A stretch of 27,259 bases of DNA from assembly GCF_006345805.1 (NCBI RefSeq), contig NW_021833340.1, positions 1-27,259 of the forward strand. The letters are read 5' to 3'. The translations under genes were made by a program, and so were the position numbers. Below, piece by piece: positions 20,964 to 27,259 of this stretch (positions are counted from its first letter, which is position 1; each line of letters opens with the position of its first letter). The notes below the pieces were generated by a model, which made no database searches, was not told the DNA's origin, and saw nothing but the letters and a program-made list of their open reading frames with translations. Source of the stretch: Octopus sinensis (lineage: Eukaryota).

Positions 20964-21652
20964 TTGTGTGTCTGTGTTTGTCTCCCCACCATTGCTTGAC
21001 AACCGATGCTGGTGTGTTTACGTCCCCGTAACTTAGCGGTTCGGCGAAAGAGACCGATAGAATAAGTACTAGGATTACAAAGAATAAGCCCTTATGTCGA
21101 TTTGATTCGACTAAAGGCGGTGCTCCAGCATGGCCGCAGTCAAATGACTGAAACAAGTAAAAGAAAAATAAAAGAAAAGAAAGAAAAATGTGTAAAGATT
21201 AAAGGTTCAACATGATGAAATATGTATGTGTCTGTGTGTGTGCGCGCGTGCGTAAACTTACATATACATACATAAATATTAACAAGGAGAATGGAGTGAG
21301 CAACTAGTTTTATTGCATAAATCTATAATTGTTTCATCGATTTCATTTTTGCATCTGGTTTGTTAGCTGACATTTCATCTATGATTTACCAGAAGTTCAT
21401 TGTCGTAATATGATTATATATTATATGAAACAGTACATTGAGCAATACTGGAAAATATCCGCTCTTCCAGGTCTATGTATAAATCAAAGTGCTGAATGGA
21501 CCCCAATTTCACAAAAGTATATATACATCTTGTTGAAGATGTTCATACCATCTCATTATCAAACTGTTATTTTGTATCAAAAAGACAAATGCACAATAAA
21601 CCACAGGTTCAAAGAGAATAAGGAGAAAACAAATAAACAAATAAAAAAGTAA

Positions 21653-21739
21653 ATGACTGTTTGCCTATATATATATGTATGTATGTATGTATATATGTAT
21701 ATTCATATATATATGTGTGTGTATGTATGTGTCAGCCTG

Positions 21740-21784
<45 letters not shown>

Positions 21785-21900
21785 ATGGACTGACACATAC
21801 ACACACTCACATATATGAATATACATACATACATACATACATACATACATACATGCATATATATATATATATATATATATGAATATAGGCAAACAGACAT
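21653..21900. repeat. Imperfect ~250-bp palindrome built from microsatellite with three mirrored unique islands
   Basis: CTGTTTGCCTATA/TATAGGCAAACAG, GTATATTCATATAT/ATATATGAATATAC and TGTGTCAGCCTGTCA/TGATGGACTGACACA occur in nested order. Confidence 0.8.
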
Positions 21901-21947
21901 ACACACACATATATATATGCATATATAAATAGGCGTACGGATTTTTG

Positions 21948-22103
21948 GACAACAGGTGTTGGTTTGTTTTTTCCACGTATCACTGCGGTTCGGCAAAAAA
22001 GACCGACGGAATAAGTAACAGACTTAAAAGTTACAATTATTGAGGCCGATTTGTTCGACTCTACCAGCACTGCCGTAGTGCAGTGATTAAAACAAACGGA
22101 TAA
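21948..22103 (+). mobile_element. SINE family A 3' tail fragment, diverged
   Basis: GCGGTTCGGCAAAAAAGACCGACGGAATAAGTA..CGATTTGTTCGACT. Confidence 0.7.
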
Positions 22104-22144
22104 GTGCGTGTGTATATGTGCATTAGTGTAGGTATGTGTATATT

Positions 22145-22160
<16 letters not shown>

Positions 22161-22206
<46 letters not shown>
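22161..22206. repeat. (GA)n microsatellite
   Basis: Directly visible. Confidence 0.95.
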
Positions 22207-22208
<2 letters not shown>

Positions 22209-23080
22209 CATATAAGAGACGAACACAAATAAGATTTCAAAAAAAGAAAAGAAAAACCCCGACCGAAACCTTTCAAAATCGATAGTTTATTGTACAAAAT
22301 GTATTTCATTGAAGTTTCCGAAATTTCTATAGAATTAATTGAGAATAACTTTAATGGTGTTTGGGAGAAACAGCCTGATTAGAGGTCATAAAATTATTTG
22401 GAGCATTCTGAAACATACCAAAACTTAGAAACAGAATAGCGACCGTTGTTATTAATACCTTCAAAGAAAAACAAAATGAAAAAAGAGAAGTGAAACGAAA
22501 TATTAAAGACTAACACCATAGAAACTTCTTAAACAATCGTTCATTATAAAATATCTTTTGTCATAACAAACCGAAACATTTTGAAAAATTATTTTAAATC
22601 ACCTAAAAATATAACCACCCCCACAAAACAAAAAAGAAAGAGAGAAAAACGAATAATCATATTAATATGTTAATCCACACTCCTAACGAAAAATATTGGA
22701 CAAATTTTAGTTCAGTTACTATGCAATAAATATTCATTAAAATTGTCGCTGTATATCAAAAGGACTACAGGATGAACGACGGATGGTTTTATACAATAAC
22801 CTAAGTTGTTCCAGATACATCAAAAGAGTTTATATTGCTAAAGTGCATATTCAACAGTTTCTTTTGACTTTCATGCTGTGTATTCACTTATGATTAGGAA
22901 TCGGCAAAATATGAAACTCAGGCGCAACCTGCCTGATTTTAGCTTATAACTTGCTCTGTCCTCTTCAACTTCAAAATTTATAACCTGTTATGTCTCCTTC
23001 AACTGAGTTCTTTCTTTATAAACATCTGCATTCTTTTACACACTGTGTGTGTGGATACTTTTTCTCATATAGCCTCATTT

Positions 23081-23082
<2 letters not shown>

Positions 23083-23142
<60 letters not shown>

Positions 23143-23158
23143 GTCATCTATCTATCTA

Positions 23159-23212
<54 letters not shown>

Positions 23213-23385
23213 GTCCGTCCGTCCGTCTGTCTGTCTGTCTGTCTGTCTATATGTCTGTCTGTCTATATGTCTGTCTATCTATATGTCTGTCTATCTATAT
23301 GTCTGTCTGTCTGTCTGTCTATCTATCTGTCTGTCTGTCTGTCTGTCTGTATATCTATCTATCTAGCGAGCTAGCTAGCTATTTA
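23083..23385. repeat. (CTAT)n/(CTGT)n compound microsatellite
   Basis: Directly visible. Confidence 0.95.
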
Positions 23386-23586
23386 TCTACACACACACAA
23401 GCACAAAAACGCGCGCGAGCACACACACACACATACACACATTGTATACAATGTGCCGAAATTGTGATGGTCTTTCGTCGATAATTCATGTGGGGGTGAA
23501 CGTCCTTTGTGTGTCATCCATTTTTTCCGCATGTTGCTTTTTCGTTCTCCCGTGCAGTGTTTTACCTTATAATACATGCATATGTG

Positions 23587-24282
23587 GGTACAGGACGTCA
23601 CCAACGGTGCAAATAACATGAAATACGTAAACAACGCGACAAATGGAAAACAGGACACGTTATCACAGAGAAAGGACCTTTCATCAGTTGTTGGCTGTCT
23701 ATCTACTCCTCATTTCAAGCATTCAACGACAATATGAGACAGTTGCTCCTATAAATTCTAAAATATAAATTTAGGATTTATGGAGGGTCAAAGCCGGGAA
23801 CAAAAAACATGATAGTGGGACATACAAGGAAACCGAACGAAAACAAGCATAGACCAGAACTAGAGGAAAATAGTGAAAAGAATAAAGATAGAAAAAAACA
23901 CGTCCGCTCTTTTGAACGTCCGTGCAGGATAAGAAAGATGGTGACGTGAAGAAAAGTAAGATGGACGATGGTCACATATGAGCACGGAGAACGAGAGAGA
24001 AAGAGAGGAGAGGGAGATACAGATAGAAAACAGTGAAGGAGGGAGGGGAGAAAAGGGGAATTAGAGAAGAAAACTGTTTTTAGAATTTATGAGAGCAACT
24101 GTCTTTGAAGACATATATTGTCGTTGAATGCTCGATATGAGGAATAGATAGACAGCCGACAACTGATGAAGGGTCCTTTTTCTGTGTTTACTTGTTCTGT
24201 TATCATTTTTTTCTCGTTGTTTTAGTATTAAACGTTTGTTGTGTATTCCATGTTATTTGCACCGCTGGTGACGTCCTGTACC
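23587..24282. repeat. Inverted repeat pair, arms 23587-23763 and 24078-24282, 314-bp spacer
   Basis: GGTACAGGACGTCACCA.CGGTGCAAATAACATG and TTCATCAGTTGT.GGCTGTCTATCTA.TCCTCAT..AGCATTCAACGACAATAT..AGACAGTTGCTC..ATAAATTCTAAAA are present on opposite strands. Confidence 0.88.
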
Positions 24283-24292
24283 TATGTAAGCA

Positions 24293-24339
<47 letters not shown>

Positions 24340-24411
24340 ATTATATATAATATATATTATTTATTATTTAATGGAACGCAACTCATTCATTTCTAAGTAT
24401 ACATATATATG

Positions 24412-24443
<32 letters not shown>

Positions 24444-25036
24444 GTGTATATGTATGTATGTATGTAGGTATGTATGTATGTTATGTATGTATGTATGTAG
24501 TTAGGTATATACGCATGTCTATGTAAGTCCATATAAATGTATGTATATAAGGGTGTGTATAAATAAGTTTGTGTATGTAAGCGTATTTATATGTAGCTGT
24601 GTGAGAATTTCAAAGAGAACCATGTGAAAAGTTTCCGGATCAGACTTGAAATCAGAAGAACAAAAAATGAAGTGCAGAAGACTTGAAAGTGTCTTTAGAG
24701 TCTCTCCTACCAGTTGGTGTATTAGTACAGAGGATGCTCAGCAGAAATGCTCGCGCTCTTGCTCAACAGCCTCCAAGGACTATCACAGTTACTGTCGTGA
24801 CTAGCAACTACCAATGGCGCGACGACTGCCACCAACGCTATCTGCGTTGCCACCACCACCACATCCAATACAACCCATGCCAATGACCACCATCCACCAT
24901 CAGCTCCGCCACTCCCAACTGAACTATACCGGGAAGTAATGTATTCTTAACGGCGGGAATCCATACGAACCATTTCCTCGCTACATTCGGAGCTGTTGTT
25001 TATAACAGCATGTGGACATCCTTTAAATACAGACAT

Positions 25037-25038
25037 AC

Positions 25039-25069
<31 letters not shown>

Positions 25070-25365
25070 TGTATGTATGTATGTATGTATGTATGTATGT
25101 ATGTATGTATGTATGTACGTATGTATGTATGTACGTATGTATGTACGTATGTACGTACGTATGTATGTATGTATGTATGTACGTACGTATGTATGTATGT
25201 ACGTACGTATGTATGTATGTACGTACGTATGTATGAATGTACGTATGTATGTATGTATATATGTACGTATGCACGTATGAATGTACGTATGAATGTACGT
25301 ATGTATGTACGTATGTATGTATGTATTTACGTACGTATGTATGTATGTATGTATGTATGTATGTA
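25037..25365. repeat. (TATG)n microsatellite with interspersed TACG variants
   Basis: Directly visible. Confidence 0.95.
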
Positions 25366-25425
25366 TTGGCGTGGGTATGTGTACATATACATGCTTATGT
25401 ATATATGTATATACATGTGCATGCT

Positions 25426-25472
<47 letters not shown>

Positions 25473-25489
25473 CATACATACACAACACA

Positions 25490-25633
25490 CGGCCTTCTTT
25501 CAGTTTCCGTCTACCACATCCACTCACAAGGATAGTAGAAGACGCTTTCCCAAGGGGCAATGCAGAGTAGGACAGAACCCGGAGCCATGTGGTTGAGAAG
25601 CAAGCGTCCTACCATACAGCCATGTCTGCGCCT
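25490..25633 (-). mobile_element. SINE family A 5' half, with internal deletion
   Basis: Reverse complement of GGCGCAGACATGGCTGTATGGTAGG..GGCTCCGGGTTCTGTCC..GGTAGACGGAAACTGAAAGAAG. Confidence 0.8.
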
Positions 25634-26020
25634 ATACACACACACACACGCACACAAACACACACACACACACACATATAAATATATATATATATATATA
25701 TATGAATGAAGAAAATGGTAAAAATTAACGTACAGACATTATTCATTTAAAGACTTTCAAATTCATGCAGAGAAATTCCTGCTTACACCTGTTTCCACAC
25801 CTATTCAATTCAATTACAGAAATAAAATTCAAATTCCTAGTCAAGCGGACGTGTTTTTTCTATCTTTATTGTTTTCACTATTTTCTTCTAGTTCAGGGAG
25901 AATTTCCTAAAGGAATTCACATTTCAACGTGGACGAAAGGTGTGTGAAAGCCCCTTGTTTATACACACACACACACATACACACACATATAGTAATAATA
26001 ATAATACCTTCTACTATATA

Positions 26021-26225
26021 CAGTGGGGGAGGGGGGAATAAATATTCGTACATGTCAAAATTCTTCATTTATTTAATTTCTAATGAACATAAATGGGACA
26101 TACCAATAGTATATTTGCATACAAATGCATAAACTAAGAATATGCAAAAGAAACTAATAAATTATAGTAACTAATGAATTTATATACAATTATAAATATT
26201 TAGGGGTGAAAAAAGTATTCGTACA
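26021..26225. mobile_element. Solo terminal inverted repeat of a Tc1-like IR/DR transposon
   Basis: TA|CAGTGGGG..AATAAATATTCGTACA (26021-26052) with an inner direct repeat GGGGTGAAAAAAGTATTCGTACA (26203-26225). No partner end found in the window. Confidence 0.6.
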
Positions 26226-26464
26226 GAATAAATTTATGATTTTCTATGCCCCAAAATACTGTTAAAATATTATTTTTTTTTTACTAGGACTTTCTCGTTT
26301 CTTCCAATAATCTTATCAGTTGTCATTTTTAAGTATCAAAACACTAGCTTCTGAATTCAGCATTTATGTGTCTGGGGAGAATCATTCTGTTTTCATGCTT
26401 TATTAATTAACAAACTCACCGGTTCGATTTCCACTCGGTTACTTATTTATTTTTCTCTTTTAAA

Positions 26465-26797
26465 CATACATACATAAATACATATATACATGCATACATA
26501 TACATACATACATACATATACATTACATACATACATACATACATACATACATGTATGTATATATATATACATGTATGTATGTATGTATATATATACATGT
26601 ATGTATGTATGTATATATATACAGATATGTATGTATATATATACATATATGTATGTATATCTATATAATATATATAATATATATACATGCATACAACATG
26701 CATTATATATATATAGACATATATACATATATATATATCATATATATATACATACATATATATATAATATATATCAATATAATATATATACATATAT

Positions 26798-26837
<40 letters not shown>

Positions 26838-26980
26838 TATTATATATATATATATAAATATACTATAATATAATATATATATAATATATATATAAATATA
26901 TAGTATATTCTATATATATATACATATATATATACTATATATATATATATAATATATATATACACATATATATATATACG
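26465..26980. repeat. (TA)n/(TACA)n degenerate tract
   Basis: Directly visible. Confidence 0.95.
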
Positions 26981-27009
26981 TGTGTGTGTGAATGTATGCA
27001 TGTGTGTTG

Positions 27010-27259
27010 TGGATTGGCGCAGTATGGTAAGAAGCTTGCTCCCAACCACATGATTCCGGGTTCAGTCCCACTGCATGGCACTTTCGGTAAGATGTCTACT
27101 GTAGCTTCTGACCGACCAAAGCCCTGTGACTGGAGTTGGTAGGCGGAAACTGAAAGAAGCCCTTCGTATATATATATGTTTGTTTGTGTGTGTGTGTTAT
27201 TTGTTCTGTGTGCTTGTTCCCCGTTTGACAACCGGTGTCGGTATGTTTATGTCCCCGTA
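27010..27259 (+). mobile_element. SINE family A, cut by the window end
   Basis: TGGTAAGAAGCTTGCTCCCAACCACATGATTCCGGGTTCAGTCCCACTGC..GACAACCGGTGTCGG. Confidence 0.9.

Larger units (their letters stand above)
17990..21187 (+). mobile_element. SINE family A split into 17990-18027 and 20606-21187 by a 2.58-kb insertion
   Basis: GGTGCAGGAGTGGCTGTGTGGTAAGTGGCTTGCTTACC plus AACCACATGGTTCCGGGTTCAGTCCCACTGCG reconstitutes an ordinary family-A copy. Confidence 0.92.

Noticed and set aside
24669-24886. Short ORFs in a GC-richer unique patch
   Set aside because: 45-67 aa with no recognisable motif or splice support.
137-27231. Dozens of YI/VC/HT/MYVC/LSIY-repeat ORFs
   Set aside because: They are translations of di- and tetranucleotide microsatellites.

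Overview
Eukaryotic, AT-rich, repeat-dominated DNA. The three recurring tRNA-derived SINE families match those I recognise from octopus genomes, so the source is probably an octopod cephalopod (inference). I can support no intact host protein-coding gene; almost all listed ORFs are microsatellite or SINE translation artefacts. The most informative region is a nested stack at 17990-21187. A SINE is split, with a 16-bp target-site duplication (TSD), by a 2.58-kb element carrying only a decayed ORF1/Gag-like gene. That gene has an RRM-like N-terminus, a CCHC knuckle missed by the ORF track, and an unfamiliar Cys-containing C-terminus; there is no reverse transcriptase. The element's leader carries a 448-bp foldback palindrome with a perfect 9-bp TSD. 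Other structure includes an RTE-type LINE end with twin-priming geometry, hAT and Tc2-like MITEs, and a solo Tc1 IR/DR end. There is also a ~75-bp minisatellite hit three times by SINEs at the same register, two long inverted-repeat pairs, a palindrome hidden in microsatellite, and a possible promoter island at ~12.8-13.7 kb. All alignments and family assignments were made by eye or from memory, with no database search.
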